Assembly: GCF_006345805.1 (NCBI RefSeq)
Contig: NW_021834240.1
Coordinates: 7,409 to 71,408 of the forward strand
Length of the DNA: 64,000 nt
Direction: 5' to 3'
DNA from: Octopus sinensis
Lineage: Eukaryota
Shown: positions 12,416 through 25,275 of the stretch, piece by piece
Layout: every line of letters begins with the position of its first letter
Position numbering within the stretch: the stretch's first letter is position 1
The notes under the pieces: model-generated
What the model saw: only the letters and a program-made list of their open reading frames with translations
Databases searched by the model: none
What the model was told of the DNA's origin: nothing
Position numbers and translations under genes: made by a program

Positions 12416-12736
12416 TAGTATGGTCAAAGACAGCGGAATGTAGGAGGGGGAATGTGTGTGTAAGTGTGGATGTGTGCGTGATATATATATATATATATTC
12501 TTTTACTTGTTTCAGTCATTTAACTGTGGCCATGATGGAGCACCACCTTTAGTCAAACAAATCGACCCCAACCACCCTAAAACCACATTTCGAAGGACCA
12601 TTGAGAATGCAAAGAGACAAGAAGGGCAGAGAAGCTGGAATGTAGCCAGTGATGAAAAACAAAGCTGATTGGAGAGATGAGATGATGTTGAGGCCTCATA
12701 TGCCCCATGGCACAGAGGGAACTTAGTAACTAACAC

Positions 12737-13218
12737 CTATTTCTTTACTACCCACAAGGGGCTAAACACAGAGAGGACAAACAAGGACAGACAAACGGAT
12801 TAAGTCGATTACATAGACCCCAGTGCGTAACTGGTACTTAATTAATAAGGCGGCAAGCTGGCAGACGCGTTAGCACGCCGGGTGAAATGTTTAGCGGAAT
12901 TTCGTCTGCTGCTACGTTCTGAGTTCAAATTCCGCCGAGGTCAACTTTACCTTTCATCCTTTCGGGGTCGATTAAATAAGTACCAGTTACGCACTGGGGC
13001 CGATATAATTAACTTAATCCGTTTGTCTGTCCTTGTGTGTCCTCTCTGTGTTTAGCCCCTTGTGGGTAGTAAAGAAATAGGTACTTATTTAATCGAACCC
13101 CGAAAGGATGAAAGGCAAAGTCGACCTTGGCGGAATTTGAACTCAGAACATAGCGGCAGACGAAATACTGCTAAGCATTTTGGCCGGCGTGCTAACGTTT
13201 CTGCCAGCTCGCCGCCCT
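12737..13218. mobile_element. SINE C (+, 12848-13080) nested inside a SINE C (-, 12737-13218)
   Basis: The minus copy is split into 3' and 5' halves. Duplicated target gtactta(a/t)ttaat at 12834-12846 and 13081-13093. Confidence 0.8.
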
Positions 13219-13221
13219 TTT

Positions 13222-13350
13222 AAGAAGGGCATCCAAGCGTAGAAACCACGCCAGAAGAGACAAATGCAGCTTGGCACAGTCGTCGTGATCTTTGGATCAT
13301 GTCTGAAGCACATCCGACCCATGCCAGCATCAAAAGCTGACAACTAATGA
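13222..13350 (+). mobile_element. Diverged family D tail fragment
   Basis: gaagggcatccaagcgtagaaacc...cccatgccagcat...atgatg. Confidence 0.55.
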
Positions 13351-13584
13351 TGGGGATAATCTTTCTTCGCAGTTAATTCAATGTTATTGCCAGCAGCTTA
13401 TCAAGACATCCTTTAACCACACACACAACCAATTCAGCGAATCCATTGAGGCATTCAGTCGTTCACTAAGAGTGCTCAACAACCTAGAAATCAATATGTA
13501 GCTATGACCAATGTCTCGCTGACAAACCAACAGAAAGAATAAATAGCAATACACACACACACACACACACACACGTTTTTATAT

Positions 13585-14000
13585 TCTTCTTTTCTTATGC
13601 TTGTTTCAGTCATCTGACTGTGGCCATGCAGGAGCACCACCTTGAAGGGTTTTGGCCAAACAAATCGATCCTAATACTTATTCTTTATAAACCTAGTACT
13701 ACTAATTCCATCGGTCTCTTTTGCTGAACTGCTATGTTAGATGGGACATAAACACACCAACATCAGTTGCCAAGCGACGATGGTGGGGACAAACATGGAC
13801 ACAAACACACAAAACCATGTACATATACATATATATATACAATGGGCTTCTTTCAGTTTCCGTCTACCAAATCCACTAACAAGGCTTTGGTCAGCCTGAG
13901 GCTATAGTAGAAGACACTTGCCCAAGGTGCCACACAGTGGGACTGAACCTGGAACCTTGAGGTTGGGCAGCAAAATTCTTACCACACAACCATACCTGCA
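13585..14000 (-). mobile_element. SINE family A, diverged full-length copy
   Basis: All A blocks present in order. Confidence 0.8.
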
Positions 14001-14004
14001 CATT

Positions 14005-14040
<36 letters not shown>

Positions 14041-14306
14041 ATATATATTGTTAAGAATTAGGTTTGTAAAATAATTTACTTTACCACTAATTATATAACG
14101 TAATGTTTCAAATATACCATAAATGGTCTTTCTACATACTGAACACTACTTGGTAAAATTATTAATAATCAATTAGTTTTACCCTTTTATTATTGACTAG
14201 TAGCCGAAGAGAAAGAACAATGGCTGAAAAGGAGTTTATACACACCTCAACCACAATAATAAGTGGTGATAGTAGAAAGTAACATATACATACCACATAT
14301 ATATAT

Positions 14307-14707
14307 ACCAGCAGTATCGCCCGGCGTTGCTCGGGTTTGTAAGGGAAATAACTATAAAGCAATTTTAGAGAGTTATAGCCAAAAATAGCAAAAAATGCAT
14401 TAAAATGGAAAAAAAATGATGGTAAATTTTTTTTTAAATCGTTGACTCATCGTAGACATTTTTAGAGAGTTACTTCCCTTATATAATAGCGAAGAAAATG
14501 CATTAAAATGGAAAAAAATGATGGTAAATTATTTTTAAAATCGTAGACTCATTGTAGATGCGCGCTAATACCCAGAAGGGCTCGATATGAATCACGACTA
14601 TAAGATACCTGGTTTTGGTTACACTGCACCGCAAAATGTGGGAGTAGTTAGGAATCTAAATCGGAGTAGACAGACACTCACACAACTTCACTTTTATATA
14701 TATAGAT
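14307..14707 (+). mobile_element. Helentron-associated non-autonomous element (HINE/DINE-1-like)
   Basis: 5' ac(c/t)agcagtatcgcccggcgttgctcggg; 3' cacttttatatatatagat. Homologous to 43979-44370. Confidence 0.7.
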
Positions 14708-14899
14708 ATATAGTCAGTTTAGCCGGAATATATCTGGGAGTTCAAGAAGTTATGAAAAGGGGGTTAAATGGTTTTGAGACAAGCTGGTGGTGGTGATGAC
14801 GGTGTGGCAGGTGGTGTGTGTGTGTGGGGGTTTGAAGGTATTTAAGAACGATGACATCACACACAGCCTCTGCAGTTGGTTTCTGTCTGCTTTACAGAC

Positions 14900-14999
14900 A
14901 TTGCTATATACACAGACGTGTGTGTGTGTGTATAAATATATATGTGATTGTGTGTATGTATGTATATATGTGTGTGTGTCTATATATACACATATGTGG

Positions 15000-15034
<35 letters not shown>

Positions 15035-16200
15035 CATCATACATAAATATGTGTGTTTATATACATGCATGTATGCGTGAGTGTATGTGTGTATATTATA
15101 TACGTATCCATGTGTGTGTTCATATATACATACATACAAAGAGAGAGAGAAAGATTCCTCTATTTCTCTGTCTCTCATTTTCTATCTTTCAATTCATCAA
15201 CCTCTCTCTCTCTCTCTCTTTTTTTTTAACGTCTGGACACACACACACTTCCTTTCGACTACACTTTTCTGTCTACCACACACACACACCTAGCTGTGTA
15301 AACGTAACTCCTCTGATTAAACAGAAACACACACACACGCAGTCTATCACACACAAACACTACTTGTCTGCCCATCACAAACTGACACTGAATACACAGT
15401 GATATATATATACACACACACACACATGATCTGTCTATGATATAAACACATACAGAGAAAAAGCACATTGGAGCACACATTTACACAAACGCATACACAC
15501 ACATGTACACATAAGCATAGATACATCCAAATGTATACAAACACATACACACACTAACATATATATATATATATCAATGCACTATGTTGATGGTACATAT
15601 AGACACACATACACACAAGAACATGGTAACAGGCAGCACACACACATACACACACACATACACACACCACCATCTGTCTACCTCTCACACACAGTTACAC
15701 ATACACACAAACACACACTGTCTATATCTAACACACATACACACACAAACTATATCAACATACACACAAACACATTATCTTATACAGTGTCTCATTCTCT
15801 CTCTCTCACACACACACACACAGCCAATATCTAAGACACACACACACACACTGTCTACCACATAAATATACACACTACTATCGCTTTAATTGCTAATTAT
15901 GTATCTTATACACACCTCTAATAAATATAATTACATCTTGCCTATAAACTATCATTATACATACAGCTGGGTGTATATAAAAATGTCTGATAGCATCAGG
16001 TGCAATAAATATACTCATATAAATACAGGTTTAATAGTATTAGTCGTTAGTGCATATATACATACATATATAAATATATATACATACATATATACACACA
16101 CACATATATATATATATATACACACACACACATTACATATATATATATATATATATACACACTCACACACATTATATATATATATACACACACACATTAC

Positions 16201-16233
<33 letters not shown>

Positions 16234-16237
16234 TTAC

Positions 16238-16300
<63 letters not shown>

Positions 16301-16441
16301 TTACATATATATATATATACACACACACACATTATATATATATACACACACACACATTATATATATATACACACACACACATTATATATATATATACACA
16401 CACACATTATATATATATATATATACACATACACACACCAC

Positions 16442-16500
<59 letters not shown>
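14900..16500. repeat. Compound (TA)/(CA)/(CT) microsatellite region
   Basis: Seen directly. Confidence 0.9.
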
Positions 16501-16536
16501 TCACACATATACATTTATATTCTTTCTATTTTTGGT

Positions 16537-16872
16537 TCATTCATTTGACTGTGGCCATGATGGAGCACCACCTTTTAGTTGAACAGATCGATCCTGGGAC
16601 TTATTCTTTGTAAGCCTCGTACATATTTTATCGGTCTCTTTTTGCCAAACCGCTAAGTTACAGGGACGTAAACACACCGACATCGGTTGTCAAGTGAGTG
16701 GGGGACAAACACACACACACACATACATACATACGACAGGCTTCTATCAGTTTCCGTCTACCAAATCCACTCAAAAGGCTATAGTGGAAGACACTTGCCC
16801 AAGGTGCCATGCAGTGGGACTGAACCCAGAACCATGTGGTTGGGAAGCAAGCTTCTTACCACACAGCCACAC
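16537..16872 (-). mobile_element. SINE family A with small internal deletion
   Basis: A blocks present; lacks the caaggcattggtcggcccgg segment. Confidence 0.8.
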
Positions 16873-17293
16873 CTATATATATTATAGGAGAGACAGAGTC
16901 TATCTCTCCTTCCTCATCTTTCCATTCCTACTGGGGTAGCCATGTATCTCCTCTATTATACTCTCCCCTGGCAGCTCCCAATGTGGGGGGAGGGGTCAAT
17001 GCCCCCATTGGGAGCTGTGGAAAGATCCAGAGGGGCATTGAGGAAAAATGGCAGGATAATAGGGCGGCCAAAAGGGAGCGATGGATGTTAGGTAGTTAGA
17101 GATGTGAGTTGGAGGTGAATGTAGAGTATGATGAAGTAAGGTGGAGGGGTTGTGGATGGTTAAATATTCAAGGGAGGGAGGGAGCGGTGTGAAGGAGGGT
17201 GTAATAACCTTGTAGAGAGAGAGGAGAGAGAGAGATGTACAGGGAGAGAGATGGATGTGAGAGGTGTGTAGTAGGGATAGGTACAATGAGTGA

Positions 17294-17690
17294 AGGTGCA
17301 GGAGTGGCTGTGTGGTAAGTAGCTTGCTAACCAACCACATGGTTCCGGGTTGTGTCCCACTGTGTGACATCTTGGGCAAGTGTCTTCTGCTATAGACTCG
17401 GGCCCACCAAAGCCTTGTGAGTTGATTTGGTAGACGGAAACTGAAAGAAGCCCGTCGTATATATGTATATATATATATATATGTGTGTGTGTTTGTCTCC
17501 CTAGCATTGCTTGACAACCGATGCTGGTGTGTTTACGTCCCCATTACTTAGCGGTTCGGCAAAAGAGTCCGATAGAATAAGTACTGGGCTTACAAAGACT
17601 AAGTGCCGGGGTCGAGTTGCTCGATTAAAGGTGGTGCTCCAGCATGGCCACAGTCAGATGACTGAAACAAGTAAAAGAGTAAAAGAGAGA
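17294..17690 (+). mobile_element. SINE family A, full length
   Basis: Head aaggtgcaggagtggctgtgtgg, tail gtaaaagagtaaaagag. Confidence 0.9.
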
Positions 17691-18154
17691 GTAGAGAAAA
17701 CCAGAGTAAGGAGCAGGCTGTCAGTGAAGGGTACAAATGGCAGGGTGATGAAAAGGGTGGGAGCTAGGAAGCATGGCAGTTTTCATGTGTAGCTTGTAGG
17801 TAGAAAAAGGGGCCAACCATTGGAAAGGAAGTGGGAAGGATTGATGAAAAAATGATGGATGGATGTTAAGAATTGTGGTTGGAGGAAGATGAGGAATCTG
17901 GTAGCCCAAAAGGGGGATGAAAGGTAGATTCTACTCTCATGTTGTTACTATATACACACATATATAAATATTTACGTTTTTGTGTGTGTAAATAAATATT
18001 TAATCCTTAATTCTATTTTATTTACTCCCACACTTATTGTTGAGTAGATTTTTTTTAATTGGTTGGACACAGCTTCTTTTTGAACTCACTGACTCCTGGA
18101 ATATGTGTATGCACACACACACACACACACACATACATATCTATATATCTCTTC

Positions 18155-18473
18155 ACTCTTACTTGTTTCAGTCATTTGACTGTGGCCATGCTGGAGCACC
18201 GCCTTTTAATCGACAACTCGACCCTGGAACTTATTCTTTTGTAAGCCCAGTACTTATTCTATCGGTCTCTTTTGCCGAACCGCTAAGTGATGGGAACATA
18301 AACACACCAGCATCGGTTGTCAAGCAATGCTAGGGAGACAAACACAGACGCACAAACACACACGCACACATGCATATATATATATACATATATACGACGG
18401 GCTTCTTTCAGTTTCCATCTACCAAATCCACTCACAAGGCATTGGTCGGCCCGAGGCTATAGCAGAAGACACT
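18155..18473 (-). mobile_element. SINE family A lacking its head
   Basis: Ends at gaagacactt. Confidence 0.85.
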
Positions 18474-18555
18474 TACATATACATATATATACATACATAT
18501 ATATATATATAAACATACATACATATATATATATACACATACATATATACATATA

Positions 18556-19175
18556 GGCGCCAGAGTGGCTGTGTGGTAAGTGGATTGCTTACCAACCACA
18601 TGGTTCCAGGTTCGGTCCCACGGTGTGGGACTTAGCACAAGTGGCTTTCTACTATAGCCTTGGGCTGATCCAAAGCCTCATGAGTAGATTTGGTAGACAG
18701 AAATGGTCGTGTGTATATATATATTATATATAATTAATCCAAACATGAAAACACAACAACACGAGGACGTGGAACAAATAAAGTATTATTGGATGTTCAG
18801 GAAAGAAGGAGGGTTTAACGTTTCGAGTGGAGCTCCTCGTCGGAAACATAGAAGGAAAGATCCAGAGAAGGGAAGACAGAGGAAAAAAATTCACCAACGG
18901 TACACACGAGGTCACATTTTGAAAGACCAATATATATATATGTATATATGTATGTAGGTATATGTTTATGTGTGTGTGTGTTTGTCCCCGAACCATTGCT
19001 TGACAACCAATGTTGGTGGTGTGTTTATGTCCCTGTAACTCAGCAGTTCAGCAAAAAAGTCCCGACAGAATAAGTACTGGGCTTACAATGAATAAGTCCT
19101 GGGGTCGATTTGCTCGTCTAAAAGGCATTGCTCCAGCATGGCCGCAGTCAAATGACTGAAACAAAAGAATAAAAG
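18556..19175 (+). mobile_element. SINE family A interrupted in its internal microsatellite by a P1 element
   Basis: 5' half 18556-18710, P1 insert 18732-18930, 3' half about 18960-19175. Confidence 0.75.
18732..18930 (-). mobile_element. Family P1 copy 2, hammerhead-like motif at 18813-18847
   Basis: Homologous to 12155-12415. Confidence 0.6.
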
Positions 19176-19534
19176 TATACACACACACACACCTATCTAA
19201 TTGCGAAGTTCACCTGAGTCCATATGTTCCAAACAGAGTACTTGGGAGCCTGGCTGTGTAAACACAAGCCCCGCGGTGTCAGACAGCAGGTGCTTATTTA
19301 CTTTGTTACACTCGGTGGATCCCTATTAAACAAACTTTGGGGCAACTTAGTCACATTTCAGCCAGGCACACACACAGTGTTTCCGCACTTCTGCCTTCAT
19401 CTACAACAATCTATTTATATTTTCCTACCGTTCTTTCTATTCGTTTCTCTCTCGCTCTCTATCTGAGGTCAATTTGCTCGACTACAGGCAGTGCTCCAGT
19501 ATGGCCACAGTCAAAATGAATGAAACATATAATA

Positions 19535-19740
19535 AAAATAATAATAATAAAAACATTGTGTACAGTGCTCAGGTGCACTACAACTCATCTAAAGTGTATA
19601 TATAATCAGGTGTAGTTTCGGCGGATTTCGGAAAGCATGAGGGCCTTAAAGGATGCAGTGTCATGGCAGTCAACAACTGACGCAGGCAGTTTATTCCATG
19701 CTTCAGCAACTCTGAGCGTGAAAAAATGTTTCCGAAAGTA
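19535..19740 (-). mobile_element. CR1/L2-type LINE 3' end
   Basis: Minus 19737-19606 reads FRKHFFTLRVAEAWNKLPASVVDCHDTASFKALMLSEIRRNYT*, then a short UTR and (TTA)n tail. Confidence 0.8.
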
Positions 19741-19835
19741 AAAGAATAAAAGAATATGTAGACTCTTCTTTTGTTTGAGTATGTGGACCTGTGTTGGGTG
19801 TTAATAGAGTGTTTGTATCTTACTGAATAAACATT

Positions 19836-20722
19836 GGGCCTCACGGAAGCAATGACAAGTGACCGAGACCTTTGGAGACATGCTGTGCTTGAGAAGACCT
19901 GGCAAGTCAAGTGAGACCATAACTGTGGCCTATGCCAGTGCAGCGTAACCGGCCCATTTAAGAGTACCCTTCAATCATTGGGCAATAAACTGTGCTTGTG
20001 AAGACCTGTTGAGGCAAGTGAAGTCATTGTTGTAGCCAATGGCAGCAACGTCTGATTGGAAGCCGTGCCGGTGGCAAGTAAAAAGCAGCATTCGAGCATG
20101 GTCGATGTCAGTGCCGCCTGGCTGGCCCATGTACTGGTGGCACATAAAAAGCACCCACTACCCTCTCGCAGTGGTTGGTGTTAGGAAGGGCGGCGAGCTG
20201 GCAGAAACGTTAGAACGCAGGGTGAAATACGTAGCCGTATTTCGTCTGCTGTTATGTTCAGAGTTCAAATTCCGCTGAGGTCGACTTTGCCTTTCATCCT
20301 TTCGGGGTCGATTAAATAAGTACCAGTTACGCACTGGGGTTGATGTAATCGACTTAATCCCCTTGTCTGTTCTTGTTTGTCCCCTTTGTATTTAGCCCCT
20401 TGTGGGTAGTAAAGAAATAGGTATTTCGTCTGCCGTTATGTTCTGAGTTCAAATTCCTCTGAGGTCGACTTTGCCTTTCATCCTTTCGGGGTCGATTAAA
20501 TAAGTACCAGTTACGCACTGGGGTCAATGTAATCGACTTAATCCCCTTGTCTGTTATCTCTGTTTAGCCCTTTGTGGGTAGTAAAGAAATTGGTATTAGG
20601 AAGGGCTTCCAGCTGTAGAAACTTTGCCAGATCAGATTGGAGCCTGGTGCAGCCTTCTTGCTTGCCAGCCCTCAGTCAAACCGCCCAACCCATGCCAGCA
20701 TGGAAAACAGACGATGATGATA
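19836..20722 (+). mobile_element. RTE LINE 3' end (ORF2 terminus plus family D 3'UTR), interrupted by SINE C
   Basis: GLTEAMTSDRDLWRHAVLEKTWQVK* runs into the D repeats and tail. SINE C is flanked by 11-bp ttaggaagggc at 20181-20191 and 20596-20606. Confidence 0.75.
20189..20595 (+). mobile_element. SINE family C with internal tandem duplication of its 3' ~180 bp
   Basis: gtatttcgtctgc...gtaaagaaat(a/t)gg occurs twice (about 20239-20420 and 20421-20595). Confidence 0.8.
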
Positions 20723-20884
20723 AAGGGTGTATATCATAAATAGGAAACTAAAACTACCAATGCATGTATTGCCCCTTATCGTACCGTTTGTCGCTTACAA
20801 AGTGATGTTTCCAAAAGTTCCCTAAAACACTCAGACCTGATCGAATTATAAGCAAAGAAAAGCTCAACTTCATACATCATCCTC

Positions 20885-21260
20885 TGAGTGTATATATGTG
20901 TATGAGTATATATATATATACATATATATAAATATGCATGTGTATGTATATTATATATATATTATATATAATATATACACATGCATATATATATATAGGC
21001 ACACACAAAAGCATATATATATGTACACACACACATATACATACACACATATGCATATATACATGCAGGTATATATACATATACACGCATATATATAAAC
21101 ATGCACATGCATAGACACACTCATACATATACACACATGCACACACGTAGACACACACTCATACACATACACACACGTATAGACACACACTCATACACAT
21201 ACACACACATGTATAGACACACACTCATACATATATACACACATATACATGCGTATATTT
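20885..21260. repeat. (TA)/(CA) microsatellite region
   Basis: Seen directly. Confidence 0.9.
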
Positions 21261-21894
21261 ATATTTAAAAAAATTACCGAATGCAATCCCTATGTAAAAA
21301 CCTTTACTTTTCATTTAGATCACGTTTACAAATATACATCCATTCATTCATACATACAGGCAACGATATAAATATATATGCAAATATATATATATATACA
21401 CCCACCTATGCATGTCATTGTATTTCCTGTGTTGCATGTGACTAGCAGGTGCTTTCTAGCTTTTCTATATAATAGCACAACGCATTGAATGTATGTATAT
21501 ATATAAATATATAAATATTTCTTTATGTACACCTAGTTGTCTGCCACACGTGTGTGTATGGCTGGATGTTTTATGGAGAGATTGAGCGAGTGTACATGTG
21601 GTGTGTGTGTGTGTGTGTGTGTGTAGGTGGTTGCATGGTTTTGATGATACAACAGTGCGTTGCGTGGGCGTTGTCATGCATGTGTGTGCATGAGGTCGTG
21701 CACTGAAAGGAAAGCACGTGAGTGCATACAGGTAAGCACAACCATGCAGACACCCACACACGTAAAACAGAAATAGAAACCACCTCCACACGTGTGAACA
21801 TATATTTATATATATGTGTGTGTGTGTATGTATGTATACATAAACATGTATGTCTCTATTTGCATATATATATATATATATATTATATATATAG

Positions 21895-22130
21895 ACCGGA
21901 GTAAACACATAAATGTGAAACAAGGTGGAAAAAAGAGTACTCAAATACCAGTGGTAGAGTAATATGCTTTATTTTAAGCAGCAGAAAATTCAACAAAATC
22001 TGTTACTCTGAGTTTCTCGTTGCCGTTCATCAGACAGTTTTTGCTAGAATCTAGCAAAAACTGTCTGATGAACGGGACGGGAAACTCAGAGTAACAGATT
22101 TTGTTGAATTTTCTGCTGCTTAAAATAAAG
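21895..22130. mobile_element. Family P2 fold-back element (Penelope-terminal-like), arms 21967-22048 and 22050-22130
   Basis: Near-perfect 82/81-bp inverted repeat with a 1-nt centre. Related fragments at 22189-22258, 22850-22925 and 45948-46015. Confidence 0.75.
22061..22097 (+). ncRNA. Minimal type I hammerhead ribozyme motif (mirror copy on minus strand at 22000-22037)
   Basis: ctgt-CTGATGA-acgggacgg-GAAAC-tcaga-GTA-acag. Stem I ctgt/acag; quasi-palindromic stem III ACTC-A-GAGT; stem II weak. Confidence 0.65.
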
Positions 22131-22271
22131 TATATATATATATATAATATATATATATATATATAATATATATATATAGCAAAGTATGCACATATATGTG
22201 AAACAAAGTGAGGAAAAATAGTACTCAAATACCGGAGGTAGAGTAATATGCTTCATTATTATTATTATTAT

Positions 22272-22815
22272 TATTGAGTGAGAGAGCAGTGCATGCCATC
22301 AAAGTGAACTGGGGTAAAATATACGAAGCCCATTGTACCCATCATGACTACCCGTCTGATAAGGGTACACTAGGCACATGCATCACAACCATATGTGCGC
22401 GACATGGTGATCTCATATCAAGATAAACAGCACATGACCTTGCAGGTGGGGCCCAGTTAGAATTTTCTTCTGGTCGAGTAATCCATCCCTCTCAAAATGT
22501 CCCTGAATAAGGGTTGTTTAAGGATGTTGAACGAAACAGCCATGTTTCCAGAGGTGAATTATTCAAACCCCAAAGAATCCCTCTCGACACATGGCTATGA
22601 TGTTCCCCCAACTACTTCTGCTCGTGATCAGAGATGCACATATCGTCAGCTACTAAGGGACATGCTCAACTGGTTAAGGTCAAACAACTGACAAGTAAAT
22701 CTGTGGTATTGAGCAGAATATTTGCTGTGGCCCATCTTTTATACCAAGACAAAACAATGTACATGATAACACTTCCGATCATTTAAGATCAGAAGCCATG
22801 AGAGCCACTGCCTGG
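22272..22815 (-). mobile_element. Unclassified interspersed repeat family E with (AAT)n tail, probably a LINE 3' region
   Basis: Reverse-complement partial copy at 28806-28992 ending ctctctcactcaataataataat. Confidence 0.6.
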
Positions 22816-22959
22816 ATTATTATTATTATTATTATTATTATCATTATGAAAGCTGCAAAAACATCACAAAAATATCATTACAAACTGCTACTCAGAGTTT
22901 CACGTTCAGTTTGTCAGACATTTTAGATTTTTTTGTTTCGGTTTTTTTTTTTTTTTTTT

Positions 22960-23187
22960 GGTGTTCCATTGTCAATCTACAAAGTCCAATGAACAGGAAT
23001 TCTCTGAAGATGTCCTAGGCCATGAACCTTTTTTCAGAATAAACAAAGGATTTAATGTAGTCCCAGAAGAAAAAGTTCATGGGAGTTAAATTTGGCGACC
23101 GTGGTGTCCATTCACTTGGCCTGTGACGCCAGAGCCACCTCCCCGGGAAAGGGTTCATTCAGAAAATCCCGAACCTGCAATGCATAA
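22960..23187 (-). pseudogene. Tc1/mariner-superfamily transposase fragment (WPPRSPDLTP-type)
   Basis: Minus strand YALQVRDFLNEPFPG[fs]RWLWRHRPSEWTPRSPNLTPMNFFFWDYIKSFVYSEK. Confidence 0.8.
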
Positions 23188-23189
23188 CC

Positions 23190-23340
23190 GGGCGGCACTG
23201 GCTACGGCCACGTTCGGATGGTTCTCTTATGTGCCACCGGCACTGGTATCACAGCTGCAAATTCCATTGATGTTGATCGATTTTGATTTTGATTTTAATT
23301 TTCACTTGCCTCAACAGGTCTTCTCAAGTGGAGTTTTGTG
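23190..23340 (-). mobile_element. Family D internal fragment
   Basis: ggccacgttcggatggt..gtgccaccggcac..ttgattttgat. Confidence 0.6.
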
Positions 23341-23896
23341 TCATATATATATCACTGTGATCACTGTGACCAACCAGGCTATCAGATGTTGCTACACATC
23401 GCTGGTCACAATGCGCTTCGCATTGTTTTAGCCTTATAATGACGCCATCCCGCTGGCAAAGCGAGCAGGCCAACAGAAGAAAGAGTGAGAGAAAGTTGTG
23501 GCGAAAGGGTACAGCAAGGATCGCCACCATCCCCTGCAGGAGCCTCGTGGAGCTTTAGGTGTTTTCACTCAATAAACACTCACAACATCCGGTCTGGGAA
23601 TCGAAACTGCGATCCTACAACCGCGAGTCCGCTGCTCTAACCACTGGGCCATTGCGGCTCCACATATATGTGTGTGTATGTATATGTTTTTGTTGTTCGA
23701 TTCTTCTGCCAGTTCAAAGGATTATTATGACTAACAAGTATCACTTATTGTTCCTGCAAGAGTGTGTCTGTGCCACCATGGGAGAGACATGGTTACGTGT
23801 TTGGAAATAAACTCCACGGCTTAGAAAGGGACTGTTATTGCTTCCTGCTTGACACATCCAAATACTTGTACACACGCACACACACATATATATACA

Positions 23897-23930
<34 letters not shown>

Positions 23931-23985
23931 TATATACACACACACACATATATATATACACACACACATATATACACACACACAC

Positions 23986-24034
<49 letters not shown>

Positions 24035-24307
24035 CACACACATATATACACACACACACATATTATATATACACACACAATCTGAAAGTCACGTGTAAAA
24101 ATGTTACCTAAGTCGGGTGGAAGGGATTAATGGTACTGGTTGTGTGCAGGTGTGTATGCAGGTGTGTATATATGTGTGTGTGTGTGTGTAGTATATTCAT
24201 ACACAATGCAAATGTTTATTTTTATACATAAATAGCTGTGCTGCACGTACACGTATTCAGACAAATGCATATACACACACACACATAAATATATATATAT
24301 ATGTACA

Positions 24308-24472
24308 CATACATGTATGTATGTGTATATAAAAGGTGGGGTTAGTGCATACAGAAAGACATATATGTAGACAACGGTGTATATAAATGGATACGTATAT
24401 ATATATATATATACATACATACAAATACATATGTGCACAAGTGTATATCTGTATTATACATATGTGTACATG

Positions 24473-24509
<37 letters not shown>

Positions 24510-24596
24510 GTATCCATTTATATACACCGTTGTCTACATATATGTCTTTCTGTATGCACTAACCCCACCTTTTATATACACATACATACATGTATG
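24308..24596. repeat. Inverted duplication of ~100 bp, identical over its non-microsatellite core
   Basis: ggtggggttagtgcatacagaaagacatatatgtagacaacggtgtatataaatggatacg and its exact reverse complement, each bounded internally by (TA)n. Confidence 0.9.
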
Positions 24597-24856
24597 TATG
24601 TGTGTGTGTATATATATATATATATATAAACATTCCTGGAAGAACATCTTTTCATACACGTACAGAACTCTGTGTGTGTGTGTGATATATATATGTGTGT
24701 GTGTGTGTGTGGATGTATGTATATGAAATGATTAATAGCAGTCTCAAAATCGATGCCATCAAGGACCAGAAATGATGCAAGAATTTAGGCCAACAGCACC
24801 ACCGCTGCCACCACTACATCTCCCCCTCCCCAGCTCCACAATGCAATGTTTTTTTT

Positions 24857-24893
<37 letters not shown>

Positions 24894-25234
24894 AAGCCTC
24901 CATCTTGAACCACCACTGGTACAAGCAAATGAAATGATGGCTAATTTATTGATGGTGGGTGGGTGGGTGGGTGCTTGGAGGGGAACAGTCATGGGTGGAG
25001 TGTACTTTGTATATGTTGTGGTGGTCGTGGTTGTGGAGGTGGGAGTCTTGGCCAAAAGGGTTGGACAAGGTCAGAGGCCGGAAAGAGATGGATAGCAAGA
25101 GAGAGAGAGAGAGACAGACAGTAGACAGGTGTATATATATTATATATATAAATGGTGTGTGTGTGTGTGTATAATGATAAATACACACATACATAAATAG
25201 ATAGGTAAAGAGAGAGTTTTATGTGTGCATGTGC

Positions 25235-25275
<41 letters not shown>

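Noticed and set aside
13384-13520. Minus-strand acceptor plus a 45-codon open frame
   Set aside because: No recognisable homology and no strong donor; not supportable without RNA data.
23772-23810. Perfect vertebrate Kozak GCCACCATGG
   Set aside because: The ORF is only 10 codons with no good donor, and the consensus is not diagnostic in an invertebrate.
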